Assembly: GCA_027021385.1 (NCBI GenBank)
Contig: JALUUL010000052.1
Coordinates: 19,567 to 83,566, forward strand
Length of the DNA: 64,000 nt
Source: Planctomycetota bacterium
GTDB lineage: Bacteria > Planctomycetota > UBA1135 > GCA-002748355
Direction of reading: 5' to 3'
The position numbers and the translations under genes were made by a program. The notes under the pieces were generated by a model that ran no database searches, was not told the DNA's origin, and saw only the letters and a program-made list of their open reading frames with translations. The number at the start of each line of letters is the position of its first letter. The first letter of the stretch is position 1. Below are positions 27,456-37,089 of the stretch, piece after piece.

Positions 27456-30065
27456 TTATTTCTCGAGGAGGGCCGGGAAACGGGGCAACCAGCGGTGAAG
27501 GAACCCGGCCCAGGCGCGGGAGAGGCTCTTCGGATGGGGTTTCCCCTCGACGACGAGGGGTCCTATGGCCGTCGCCGGCTCGTTCTCCTCTCGAGACTCG
27601 AAGGGTTGGACAAGGATCAAGGCGCCCCGGGAGGGGAGCTTGGAGGCCTTCATCCGCGCAATCTCCTCTCCGTCTCCTGAGAAGACGACCTCGGCCCCCT
27701 TCCGCGCGATGGTGAACTCCCCATCGTCCTGGAGAACCCCCAGCATCGTCTCCATGGCCTTCTTCCGGATCTTCCTGCTGACCCTCCGCCTACCGTCCAC
27801 GAAGCCGAGCATCCCCCCCCAAGACCAGAGCGTATAGGTCTGGGGCCTCAGCGCATGGAGGAGGATCGGAGGAGGGATCCGAATCGAGTTGTATTGCTCC
27901 CCCTCATCGCTGATCTCGCTCGTGACGAGGACCTTGAACGAAACCTGGAGATCCCCCTCGAATTGCAGCTTGTGGCGGAGGTAGCCCTTCTCCATGAAGA
28001 GAGCACGACCCTCCTTCCGGTCCACCCTCAGGATGTCGTGCGCCTTCGTTCCGAGCGCCCCGAAGGTCGTCGTGAATCCGTCCTTCGCCGGATCGACCGG
28101 GATCCAATCCCGAGCCTGGGAGTCGCTCTTCCAGTCGTATTCGATCCGGACCCGGCCCCTGGGCAAGTAGGTGACCTTTCCTGCGAGACCGGGAAGCCGG
28201 TTCCGGCTGGAATCGAAGGCTTTCCTAAGGAGGAGAGGCAGGCGGCTCCTCACGATCCACCGGAGTTCCGGGCTCGACTTGCCGTCGAGATCCCTTGCGA
28301 GCCCGGCGAGGACCTTTTCCCCGTCCGCAGAGCCGAGGAGGTCCATCCTGGCGGCAAGGAAGAGGTCCAAGAGGTCCAGGGCCGGCCCGGCCTCGCGGAA
28401 GAGTTCCTCCGGCGGAAGCAGACCCCGCTTGGCCGCCCTCTTCTCGGCGGCCTTGCGTCTCGTACCCTCGAGTCCGCGGAGATGCAGACCGACGAGGACA
28501 CGGATTCCGAGTCTCCGTTCCTTCGTAGAGAGGAGTTTCAGCCGATCGAGGGTCTCGCCCAGGAAATGGGGCGGGACCTCCCCGAATCCGAGGACCTTCG
28601 TCTTCCCCTTGCGTTCGACCTGGAAGGTCCGCTCCGAGGGCCTCCAGGCTTTCAGGATCCAGGCGAGGTAGCGCGTCCTCCGGCCGTATTCCGGGAGGAA
28701 GATCTTGACCTTCCGACGACCCTCGAGAGCCTTCGCCAGCTCGCCCATGACATCCTCGATCCCGTCGGCGGCGTCGTCCACGTCGTCGCCGACCCCGAGA
28801 TCCACGGCTTCGACCATCTCCCTCGCACTCTCCAGGTCAAGGTTCCGCAGAGCCATCAAGGCCCGGGCGAGGAGGATCCTGTCGGGCACCTTCGAAAGGT
28901 CCTTTTTCGAAGGCGGTTTCGGAAGCTCCGGTCCCTCGACCTTTTTTTCGGGGAACAATCGGGCCCCTGCCTCCTCGACAAGCACCGCCCCCTTGCTCCA
29001 ATCCTCGGGAAGCTTGGCCGCGATCGTTCCCCTGGGGTCCCGGACGAAACGCGCGAAGAGCCCGGGAAGGGCCGCCTTCTCCGAGTCGGTGAAGGCCTCG
29101 TTGATCGCCCTGGACCCATGGAGGGCCTTCAGGCGGTTTTCCGTGTTGTACTCGAGCGCCAGGATGCGGAGCAGCTTCGGACGGAGGGCTCCGGAATAAG
29201 CACGGTCGAGAAAGGCGACGATCGCATGGGCGCAGCTGTAGAAGAAGCCCATCTGCTGGCTGTAATCCTCCGCCCTCGAGGGATCCGACCCGGTCGCCTG
29301 CATGTAGGCGTTCAGGCTGTCGTAGGTCATCACGTACATCGGATGATGGATCCAAGGCAGCCTCGATTTCCGCTTCCACGAAAAGGGCTTCCGGGCATAG
29401 GGCCGGACCTCCGCGATCTTCTCGAGATCGAGAGCGCCGAACCCCGGATCCTTGTTCAGGAGGAAGGGCTCCTTCGGCCTCGAGGAGAGATGCTCGGCCA
29501 TCCCCTCCATCAACCAGGCGCTCATCGCATTCAGATGGAACGGGACCTTCGGATCCGTATAGGCGTACATGATCTGATGCACGGCTTCGTGCATCGCCGT
29601 TCCGAAGGCCTTGTAGGCGGACTCGGTCGGCGTGTAGTAGGTCATCGTGTGCAAGGCGACCATATGGAAGAAGGCCGCGCTGAACTTGCTGCCCCCTACC
29701 CTCGTATAGGAGGCCCGATCCTTCAGGATCCAGAAGGGGAGAGGCCGCTCCCGGCGTTTCAGCTTCAGCGGTCCTGCGAAGTCCTTCTCGAAGAGGGCGA
29801 CGATGCTGTTCAGCGCATGGAGCCTGAGGTTGACGAGATGCTCGAGATCCCCCCGCCCCTGATCCTCGACGAAGAAGACGAAGGGAAGCCGGTCATACCG
29901 GCGGAACTTCATCGACTTGAAGGGCTCGACGAGCCTGTAGGCCTTCTCGATCTCCTCAGGATCGGTCTTGGTCGCGTAGAGGGGCGTGCGGATCTGGGCG
30001 CGTCCCGGTGAGACGAGAATCGGAACCGCGAGGAGCAGAAGAAAGGGTTTCGTGATGCGTACCAT
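27456..30065 (-). CDS. Secreted putative zinc metallopeptidase-like protein (HExxH; DUF1570/peptidase-MA-like), 869 aa
   Basis: The signal peptide is MVRITKPFLLLLAVPILVSPGRAQ. The motif AMHEAVHQ is followed by WLMEGMAEHL (HExxH ... E). The long C-terminal region is not recognised. Confidence 0.6.
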   Translation of the reverse strand: MVRITKPFLLLLAVPILVSPGRAQIRTPLYATKTDPEEIEKAYRLVEPFKSMKFRRYDRLPFVFFVEDQGRGDLEHLVNLRLHALNSIVALFEKDFAGPLKLKRRERPLPFWILKDRASYTRVGGSKFSAAFFHMVALHTMTYYTPTESAYKAFGTAMHEAVHQIMYAYTDPKVPFHLNAMSAWLMEGMAEHLSSRPKEPFLLNKDPGFGALDLEKIAEVRPYARKPFSWKRKSRLPWIHHPMYVMTYDSLNAYMQATGSDPSRAEDYSQQMGFFYSCAHAIVAFLDRAYSGALRPKLLRILALEYNTENRLKALHGSRAINEAFTDSEKAALPGLFARFVRDPRGTIAAKLPEDWSKGAVLVEEAGARLFPEKKVEGPELPKPPSKKDLSKVPDRILLARALMALRNLDLESAREMVEAVDLGVGDDVDDAADGIEDVMGELAKALEGRRKVKIFLPEYGRRTRYLAWILKAWRPSERTFQVERKGKTKVLGFGEVPPHFLGETLDRLKLLSTKERRLGIRVLVGLHLRGLEGTRRKAAEKRAAKRGLLPPEELFREAGPALDLLDLFLAARMDLLGSADGEKVLAGLARDLDGKSSPELRWIVRSRLPLLLRKAFDSSRNRLPGLAGKVTYLPRGRVRIEYDWKSDSQARDWIPVDPAKDGFTTTFGALGTKAHDILRVDRKEGRALFMEKGYLRHKLQFEGDLQVSFKVLVTSEISDEGEQYNSIRIPPPILLHALRPQTYTLWSWGGMLGFVDGRRRVSRKIRKKAMETMLGVLQDDGEFTIARKGAEVVFSGDGEEIARMKASKLPSRGALILVQPFESREENEPATAIGPLVVEGKPHPKSLSRAWAGFLHRWLPRFPALLEK

Positions 30066-30137
30066 GAGGCGCGTAGCCGTAACGGCTTTCCAACAAGGGC
30101 GGAGGACTGCGCGAGCGAGTCGCTATCCTAACAGAAG

Positions 30138-32039
30138 ATGCTTCCATCCCCCGCACCCGAGCCTTCCTCCCTCTTCGCGGGAACCGCGCGCCGGCGGACC
30201 TTCCTGCTCACGGCCGCGGCCCTGCTCGTCCTTCTCGCGGGTCTCGCCTGCTTTCCGAGGGATCCCTGGGAATGGGACGAGGTCGAGTTCCTCTCCGCAT
30301 TGAAGGACTTCTCAATCCGCGAGAGCCGCCCTCACCCCCCCGGGTTCCCGTATTTCGTCCTGCTCGGCCGAGTCCTCGACGCCTGGATCGGGAACGGCCT
30401 CGCAGCCCTCGTCCTTCCTTCGCTCCTCGGGGCCCTGCTGTCGTTTTTCGGCCTGTTCCGCCTGGCCTCGGGCTGGCTCGGAAATCGTTTCGACCTTGCC
30501 CTTCCGATCGCCCTCTGCTACGCCCTATCCCCGCCTCAATGGTGGTTCAGCGCGGTCCCATTCAGCGATTCCCTCGGCAACGGACTCGCTCTCTTCGGCC
30601 TCTCCCTCCTCGTCCCGGGCCCCAGAAGGACCACGACGAAGGGAGCGGTCGCGGGAGCCCTATGCCATGCCCTCGCCCTCGGGATCCGTCCGCCGGTGGT
30701 GTTCTTTCTCTTCTGGCCCTGGCTCCTGTTCACACTCCACTCCCTGGTCAAGGGTCCCAGGCGCCCCTTCTTCGCGGCCTCCGTCGTCCTCCTCGTGGGC
30801 TGCCTGCCGATCCTCCTGGTTCTGAGCCACAACATCGGAAGCCTCGCCGAGGTGCTCCGCCTGTTCAGGGAATACGACGCGGCCGTCTCCGGGCGGGACA
30901 ATCTGTTCGTCTCCCTTCGGGAATACGGGGTCCTGCGGGTCGGTTACGCCTGGAGCCTGGCCCTCTTCGGCGGACCGGCCCTGGGACTCTGGTTCCTCGG
31001 CTGGGGCCTCCTCGGTCTCCTCCGATCCGGAAGGGAGGCCGCGCCCGCCGTCCGCGCGGCGCTCCTCGCCTGCCTCCCTTTCCTGATCTTTTGCGCCTTG
31101 CGGATGAACTTCCTCTGGTCGAGCCGATACGCCCTGCCGGGGATGATCCTCGGCCCCTTTCTCGCCGTCCTCGGCTGGGAGGCCGTCGCGCGCGGCTCCC
31201 GGATTCCCGTTCTCCTCCCCGCCCTGGTGATCGGAACCCTTGGGGCCCAGGCGTTCCGGATGACCCCCCAGATCCTCCTCGTCCGGAGCGAGCGGCTCCC
31301 CTGGGCCCGGGGGCTCGAATTCTGCGAGCGGGAGGCCGCGAAACCCGGCCCCCCCCTCCTGCTCTGGGCTCCCGGGGAGCTCGGGGGGCACCTCCCCTTC
31401 CTCGTTCCCCGAGCGCTCCTCCTCCTCGACTGGCACCGCGCCCTCGACGACCGGGCGGCCGGAATCGGAACCCATCTCCTGGAAACGTTGGAAGGTCGGG
31501 AACCAAGGGTCTTCCTCCTCTCGACCGAGAAGATCCCGGGGAACAAGCCTCTCTTCGAAGCCGAGTGGCCGAGGCTCGGGTTCCCCGAACTCTCCCGGCC
31601 GCGACTCCTTTACGCATCGATCCATGAGATGCGAAGACCCGCCCTCCCCTTCGCCGGCTGGTTCGCGAGGGAAGCCGACGGCGACGGCTGGTTCGAGGTC
31701 GGCCGGAGGAAATGCAGCCTGCTCCTCCCGGTCGGGAAGCGCCCCCCCGCCCGACTCCGGATCGAGGCCTCCTTCTACCGCCTCCTCGATCGAGAAAGAC
31801 TCACGGGCCGTCTCGCTTTCCGTCTTCTCGAGGACTGGAGGCATCCGGCCGGCAAGACCCGCGGGCCCGCACTCGGGACCTACCTTCTCGAAGGACCGGA
31901 TCTGAAAGAGTTCGAGGTCCCTCTTCCCCCCCTGGAGCCGGGTCTCCATTCGATCCGTCTCGAGCTGCGCTTCTTGGGAGCGGAGCCGGAAGACCCCCGC
32001 GTCCTCGAGGTCCGCGCGCCCCGGCTTCTCCCCGAATGA
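30138..32039 (+). CDS. Polytopic membrane glycosyltransferase, GT-C fold (ArnT/PMT/DUF2723-like), 633 aa
   Basis: About 10 or more hydrophobic segments are present. The first-loop acidic motif is PWEWDEVEF, followed by PPGFPYFVLLGR. A soluble C-terminal domain of about 200 aa follows. Confidence 0.6.
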   Translation: MLPSPAPEPSSLFAGTARRRTFLLTAAALLVLLAGLACFPRDPWEWDEVEFLSALKDFSIRESRPHPPGFPYFVLLGRVLDAWIGNGLAALVLPSLLGALLSFFGLFRLASGWLGNRFDLALPIALCYALSPPQWWFSAVPFSDSLGNGLALFGLSLLVPGPRRTTTKGAVAGALCHALALGIRPPVVFFLFWPWLLFTLHSLVKGPRRPFFAASVVLLVGCLPILLVLSHNIGSLAEVLRLFREYDAAVSGRDNLFVSLREYGVLRVGYAWSLALFGGPALGLWFLGWGLLGLLRSGREAAPAVRAALLACLPFLIFCALRMNFLWSSRYALPGMILGPFLAVLGWEAVARGSRIPVLLPALVIGTLGAQAFRMTPQILLVRSERLPWARGLEFCEREAAKPGPPLLLWAPGELGGHLPFLVPRALLLLDWHRALDDRAAGIGTHLLETLEGREPRVFLLSTEKIPGNKPLFEAEWPRLGFPELSRPRLLYASIHEMRRPALPFAGWFAREADGDGWFEVGRRKCSLLLPVGKRPPARLRIEASFYRLLDRERLTGRLAFRLLEDWRHPAGKTRGPALGTYLLEGPDLKEFEVPLPPLEPGLHSIRLELRFLGAEPEDPRVLEVRAPRLLPE

Positions 32040-32084
32040 GACGAACGCCATCCGTCCCCCCCGCGCCGAGGGAGGAACAAGGAT

Positions 32085-32804
32085 TCACTCCCCCCGATCG
32101 GCAAGGAGGACCGGCGCGAAACCCGTGTAGTCGACCGAGGCCATGACGTAGCGGATCCCGTCCTTCGTCCCGACGAAGCCCGCGGCGTGATCCCGGCCGT
32201 GCAGGTGCCCGTAGACGCAGAGTTCGACCCCGGCCTCGACCATCATCGGCACGAAACCCGTCTCGAGACCGAAGGAATAGAGCGGAGGGTAATGGATCAG
32301 GGCCCAGAGCCGCCGTCCGTGTTTTCCCTCCGCGTCCTGCAGCGAAAGCCGGAAACGACCCAGTTCCCGCTCGTAGATCCTCCGGTCCGCCGGAGAGTAT
32401 TCTCTACCGGGAGCCTCGCAACGACCGGGCGGGTTCCAACCCCTCGTCCCGACGATGCAGGTGCCGTCGGGAAGCACGAAGGAATCGTTCTGGAGGATCC
32501 GGATCGAATCGGGGAGGACGTTCTCGACCTTCCTGCGGCTGTTCCACCAGTGGGCGTGGTTGCCCTTGATCATCAGCTTCTTCCCGGGAAGGCGATGCAC
32601 GAACTCGAGATCGGGGACGACCTCCTCCAAGCGCATCGCCCAGGAAAGGTCGCCCCCCATCAGGACCCAGTCCTCGGGTCCGACGGCCTTCCGCCAGTTC
32701 TCCTCGATCAGGGCGGGATGGTCCCTCCACTGATCTCCGAAGATGTCCATCGGTTTGTCGCTGCCGAAGGAGAGATGCAGATCGCTGATCGCAAAGATTC
32801 TCAT
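32085..32804 (-). CDS. Calcineurin-like metallophosphoesterase
   Basis: MRIFAISDLHL, GGDLSWA, KGNHAHWW and YGHLHG are metallophosphoesterase motifs I-V. Confidence 0.85.
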   Translation of the reverse strand: MRIFAISDLHLSFGSDKPMDIFGDQWRDHPALIEENWRKAVGPEDWVLMGGDLSWAMRLEEVVPDLEFVHRLPGKKLMIKGNHAHWWNSRRKVENVLPDSIRILQNDSFVLPDGTCIVGTRGWNPPGRCEAPGREYSPADRRIYERELGRFRLSLQDAEGKHGRRLWALIHYPPLYSFGLETGFVPMMVEAGVELCVYGHLHGRDHAAGFVGTKDGIRYVMASVDYTGFAPVLLADRGE

Positions 32805-32843
32805 GCGGGAAGCCGGAGGAAGGGGGAGGTATCCTCCCCGGAA

Positions 32844-35129
32844 ATGAGGGGTTCATCGAGTTTCCGGCCGCTCTCCGCCTGGTTCGCCGAGGGACCGATG
32901 GAGGCGGAGGCTCTCCACCGGCTCGCGGCGGAACTCGTGGCCCTCCTCGCAGAACGGCACGCGAGAGGTCTCGTCGAGGGGAACCTGGGAGCGGACCGGA
33001 TCCTCTGGAACGGCCTCGATACGATCCGGTTCCACGAAGAGCCTGGACCGCCCCGAGGAAGGGCGGAAACCCTTCCCGAGGATCCCGGACTTGTCAAGGA
33101 CCCCGCGGCGGACGGACCTGAGGAAGCCCAGGATCGGGATCGGAGGGGATCGGGCGAACCCCTCGACCTCCCTCCGGAATCAGGAGGAGCGTCCCCCCCC
33201 TCGACGACGAGGGTCGAGGTCTGGCAGTTCGGGCTTCTCCTCTATCGCGCGGCGCTCGGGAAGCATCCTCTCCGTCCCGGCGGGGACCTCTCACCATCTC
33301 CCCCGCGCCCTTCCGACCTTCCGCCGATCTCCACCCTTCGCGAGGACCTCGGCCGGGAGTGGGACGGCTTCCTCGCGAACTGCCTCCACGATCGCCCGGA
33401 GGAACGCCTCGTCGACGGCCTGGACCTGCAACGGGCCTACCTCGCCGACGTCGCCCCCTCCCGGCAAAGGCCCGAGGCCTCCAAATCGGAGGGAAACCGG
33501 ATGCCGGGAAGGATCCCCGCCCTCTTCGGGTATCCGGGGATCGCCCTACTCTTCCTCCTCTTCCTCCTGCTCTTCGAACTGCCCCTGCACGGCCGGAGCC
33601 AGGACGACCTCGTCCAGCGCAGGCGGGGGGAGCAGGTCCTTAAATTCTTGGAGACCCTCGACCGATCTCATCTCCCGGCCGGCGACCCGATGGACCTCTC
33701 GAAGGGCGACCGGTATTACGGCCCCCTCGCCGTCACCCTCGCCCTCGCTCTCGGACCCGTCCTCGCCCCTCTGGCCGGCGACCCGTCGAAGGCCCCGTAT
33801 CTCGATTTCCACGCCGGCCTCTGTCCGTGGACGGCCTTCCTCCTCCTCGGCCTGATGTTCCTCGGAAGACGCCTTCTCGGGAACCACGGCGGCGGACTCC
33901 TCGCGGCCCTGGCCTTCTGTTCGTTCCCGAGGCTCTGGGAATTCTTCACCGTCAACCCGGGGGACCTCCCCGCGGCCGCTCTCGGAGTCTGGACCATCCT
34001 GTCCCTCGCTCGCTGGTTCGAACGCCCCTCCCTCAGCCGGCTCGCCGTGGCAGCCCTGTTCCTCGGGGGAACGGCCGCGGTCCGCCCCCCCGACGCGGGG
34101 ATCCTGGCCGTGGCCCTCCTCCTGACCGTCCTCCTCGAGGCCCGGCACCGGAAACGGACCGGGACCCCTCCTCTCCCCCTGCTCCAGGTCCTCGCGGCCC
34201 CCTTCCTCTGCTGGGGGGCCTGGGTCCTCCTCTGGCCGGGGTTCTGGTCCTCTCCGATCCTCGCCCCGCTGGAGGTCGTTCTCGGCTACTTGACGGAACG
34301 GGGCCCCTACGTCACCCAGTCGACGCTCTGGTTCGGAGAACTCGTCGACAGCCCCCGCGGTTTCGTCTGGGTGCAGCTCCTCTTCTCGACCCCTCTCCCG
34401 ATTCTCTTCCTCCTTCTCCTAGGCCTGTCGGCTTCCTCCCGTCTCCCGAGTCCCTTCCGGTGGGGGCTCCTCCTCTGGTTCCTCCTGACGACCGGCAAGC
34501 ATCTGACCGGCATGGCCAACCATGGGGGAGTCCGCCATTTCCTCTCGGCCTTCGTCCCCCTCTCGATCCTCGCGGCCCTGGGTCTCGAGCGTCTCTGCAG
34601 GGGACTCCCCCGCCCGAGGCTCCGAGGCCCCCTCGCGGTGGCCGTCGGACTCGTTCTCGCGTTCTGGGCTCGGAGCACGCACCCCTTCGAGGGAAGCTAC
34701 TACAACGCCTTCCTCGGCGGAACGGAGGGCGCCGCCGGCCGCTTCGATCTCGACCAGGACGGGTCGGCGACCCTTCCGTTGATCAAGGATCTCCTCCCTG
34801 AACTCACGGAAAACGACGCGCTCTTCGTCGTCGGAGGATCCGACCTCGTGACCCAGCTCACCCTCCCGCGCGGGGTTCCCGTCGTCGAGATCCTTCCCGA
34901 CCGCCTGGAGCTTCTCCGTGACCGGAAACTCCGCTCCGGATTGCGGAATCGCAGACTCATCCTCCTCTTCGTCCAGGACCGGCATTGGGGACGCCTGGAT
35001 CCCTTCTTCGCGCGTGGGGAACTCCGGGAGATCCTCAGGGTCGGACCCTCGGGACTCCCCCTCGGGCTCGCCTGCGAGATTCTCGGCAAAGGTTTCTGGG
35101 AACACCTGCCGGAGCTCTTCGAAAGTTGA
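32844..35129 (+). CDS. Pseudokinase (kinase C-lobe remnant) fused to GT-C membrane glycosyltransferase (ArnT/PMT_2-like)
   Basis: The N-terminal ~190 aa keep kinase subdomain IX/XI patterns (VEVWQFGLLLYRAALGKHPL, FLANCLHDRPEERL). They lack the G-loop, the VAIK lysine, HRD (which reads LVEGNLGADRILW) and DFG. A multi-TM GT-C body follows (YYGPLAVTLALALGP..., FCSFPRLWEFF...). The start could also be the ATG at 32898. The tracked start at 32187 runs antisense through the phosphoesterase gene. Confidence 0.7.
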   Translation: MRGSSSFRPLSAWFAEGPMEAEALHRLAAELVALLAERHARGLVEGNLGADRILWNGLDTIRFHEEPGPPRGRAETLPEDPGLVKDPAADGPEEAQDRDRRGSGEPLDLPPESGGASPPSTTRVEVWQFGLLLYRAALGKHPLRPGGDLSPSPPRPSDLPPISTLREDLGREWDGFLANCLHDRPEERLVDGLDLQRAYLADVAPSRQRPEASKSEGNRMPGRIPALFGYPGIALLFLLFLLLFELPLHGRSQDDLVQRRRGEQVLKFLETLDRSHLPAGDPMDLSKGDRYYGPLAVTLALALGPVLAPLAGDPSKAPYLDFHAGLCPWTAFLLLGLMFLGRRLLGNHGGGLLAALAFCSFPRLWEFFTVNPGDLPAAALGVWTILSLARWFERPSLSRLAVAALFLGGTAAVRPPDAGILAVALLLTVLLEARHRKRTGTPPLPLLQVLAAPFLCWGAWVLLWPGFWSSPILAPLEVVLGYLTERGPYVTQSTLWFGELVDSPRGFVWVQLLFSTPLPILFLLLLGLSASSRLPSPFRWGLLLWFLLTTGKHLTGMANHGGVRHFLSAFVPLSILAALGLERLCRGLPRPRLRGPLAVAVGLVLAFWARSTHPFEGSYYNAFLGGTEGAAGRFDLDQDGSATLPLIKDLLPELTENDALFVVGGSDLVTQLTLPRGVPVVEILPDRLELLRDRKLRSGLRNRRLILLFVQDRHWGRLDPFFARGELREILRVGPSGLPLGLACEILGKGFWEHLPELFES

Positions 35130-35141
35130 AGAGAACGGGTT

Positions 35142-36566
35142 TCAGGAGATTCCGCCCTCCTCGCCCCGGCAACCTTCAGGCTCGGGAAGGCCCTCGAGAT
35201 AGGTCCGGTGGCTCTTGCAACGATCCCGTTCGAGGAGGGAGGTGATCCCCCCCTCCCGGAAACATTCCAGCGCCTCGTCCGCGAAGCTTCGCCCTTCCTC
35301 GAGTCTGCGCCGGAGGGGCCGCAGCAGCACGGCATTCCCCGCCGGGAGGGCGCCTTTCTTCTCGAGCCGCCGCAGCCCCGCCTCGGCCAGCCCCAGGAGG
35401 CGATCGCAGGCCGAAGCGAGGTCGAAACCCTTTGGTCCGGAACCGCCGACACCGGCCCGCGCGGCCTCCTCGTGAAGGGCCCGAACCTCTTCCGCATCCC
35501 GAAAGGGATGCAGGGAGATCGCCGCTTCCCGGCTCTCGGGATCATAGAGAAGCCCGGCGGCCAAGGCGCAGAAGGCAGGAGCGACCTCAGGCTCCACGCA
35601 ATCCGCCGAACGGACCTCGATGCCGTTGCGGATCCTCGCGACCGGGAACAAGGTCGTCGAATGGAGGGCGAAGTCCGACAATCTGAGTTCGGGTTCTTCC
35701 TTCCAGAGCTCGAGAAAACTCCGTTCCCCTGCAACTTCGGTGAGTCCTTCACCTCTTTCGAGAAACCAGCATTCTGCATCCAGGGTGTAGCGGATGTACG
35801 CGTCGAAGTCGGCCCCTGGCTCCAGCAGGGGCATCGGCACCCCGCACCGCCCCCCGTCCGTATGCCACCAGGCCTCTTCCCGGAAGGACCGGAACCCGGC
35901 ATCCTGCCCCCCAACGAGCGGGGAATTCGCGAAAAAGGCCGTGATCATCGGCGCAGCGACGGTCGCAGCCAGAAGCATCGAGAAGGCGTCCTCCGGGGAT
36001 TCGACGTCGAGAGTGACCTGCATGCCCGCCGTGGTCCTCATCATGTGGGGTCCCAACCGGCCCCTCCTGCGCAGCCTCCGATCCATAATCTCGTAACGCG
36101 GTTTCGCGCGCAGAGGAATCTCCTCGGGCATTGTCAAGGGTTGATGGCCGAGGTACAGGGCGTGATAGGGTGTGCCTCGAAGCCCCTTCTCGAGGCGGGT
36201 CACGCAGCAATCGAGCTGTTCGACGACATCGAGCGGTGAAGCCTTCGGCGGCAGCGAAACCTCCATCTGACCGCCGGGTTCGAGGGAGAGACTCCCCCGC
36301 CCCACTCGAATCATCGAGAGAACGCCTCCTTCGACGACCTTCTCCGATCTCACGTCTCCAAGACAGGGTACGAGGCTCTCCAACAGGGGTTCGGGACCGC
36401 CCTCGCCTTGGCTCGGGGCCGCGCTTCCGTCCTCGCGGACACGGAGGAACTCGAACTCCAAGCCGAGCAACTTCGGCCGGTCGGGATGCGCGCGCCGTAA
36501 AAAGTAGCTGCGTAGCATCTCGATCAAGGCTTCTTCGTCACGCGGGAGATGCGGATCGGGATTCAT
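35142..36566 (-). CDS. Glutamate--cysteine ligase family protein (GCS2 / plant-type or EgtA-like)
   Basis: LGLEFEFLRV, SLEPGGQMEVS and the overall pattern fit the family. The internal ATG (MNPDPHLPRDEE...) is preferred over the tracked 36695 start. Confidence 0.8.
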   Translation of the reverse strand: MNPDPHLPRDEEALIEMLRSYFLRRAHPDRPKLLGLEFEFLRVREDGSAAPSQGEGGPEPLLESLVPCLGDVRSEKVVEGGVLSMIRVGRGSLSLEPGGQMEVSLPPKASPLDVVEQLDCCVTRLEKGLRGTPYHALYLGHQPLTMPEEIPLRAKPRYEIMDRRLRRRGRLGPHMMRTTAGMQVTLDVESPEDAFSMLLAATVAAPMITAFFANSPLVGGQDAGFRSFREEAWWHTDGGRCGVPMPLLEPGADFDAYIRYTLDAECWFLERGEGLTEVAGERSFLELWKEEPELRLSDFALHSTTLFPVARIRNGIEVRSADCVEPEVAPAFCALAAGLLYDPESREAAISLHPFRDAEEVRALHEEAARAGVGGSGPKGFDLASACDRLLGLAEAGLRRLEKKGALPAGNAVLLRPLRRRLEEGRSFADEALECFREGGITSLLERDRCKSHRTYLEGLPEPEGCRGEEGGIS

Positions 36567-36674
36567 GCAACACCGGGGGGAAACGGAGACCAAGCATAGC
36601 CGGAACCTACCACCCCGGCTTGTGATCAGCGTGGATACCGGATAAGAAGAAAGGAACGAAAACCGGGAACCCCC

Positions 36675-37085
36675 TTGTTCATGACCTCGTTTCAAGACGA
36701 CGAGTACCTCGAATATCTGCGCCGCGTGGAAGAACGGCGGCCCGGATCACGGCCGTTGCACCGCGAGGAGTTCGAACCCCTCCTCGCCCAGCTCGACGAA
36801 CTCTATCTGACCGAGCTGGAGCGGAACCTTCTACCGGAGGAGCAGAGGAGGCTGATGGAGTTGTCCCTCCTTCTCCTCGAGGACATCTGCGAACTCTCAA
36901 GCGAAGAGGATCTCTACGCGGACGAGGAACTCTGGACCGAAGGACCGCCCGAGGAGAGCCATGTCTTTGAGGGATTTGAAGATCCGCCCGATCCGCTCCT
37001 GGAACGGACGGCCCCCCTCCAGGGGTCAGCGCGAGACAGGCGCCGGCGGTGGAGGATGGATCGACGGCGCCGGGAAAGGGGTTGA
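36675..37085 (+). CDS. Hypothetical acidic protein with Arg-rich tail (136 aa)
   Basis: The ORF has a helical, acidic composition (DDEYLEYLRRVEE..., LMELSLLLLEDICELSSEEDLY) ending in RDRRRRWRMDRRRRERG. No recognised family. Confidence 0.4.
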   Translation: MFMTSFQDDEYLEYLRRVEERRPGSRPLHREEFEPLLAQLDELYLTELERNLLPEEQRRLMELSLLLLEDICELSSEEDLYADEELWTEGPPEESHVFEGFEDPPDPLLERTAPLQGSARDRRRRWRMDRRRRERG

Positions 37086-37089
37086 AGAC

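Noticed and set aside
27855-32051. Long antisense ORFs 27855..30011 (+), 718 aa, and 30660..32051 (-), 463 aa. Also several 200-450-aa ORFs inside the GT-C gene.
   Set aside because: They are shadow frames of the HExxH protein and the polytopic GT-C protein. Their composition is typical of off-frame GC-rich sequence.
32187-32843. 5' extension of the pseudokinase-GT-C ORF (tracked from 32187).
   Set aside because: It runs antisense through the well-supported metallophosphoesterase gene and has no kinase N-lobe motifs.
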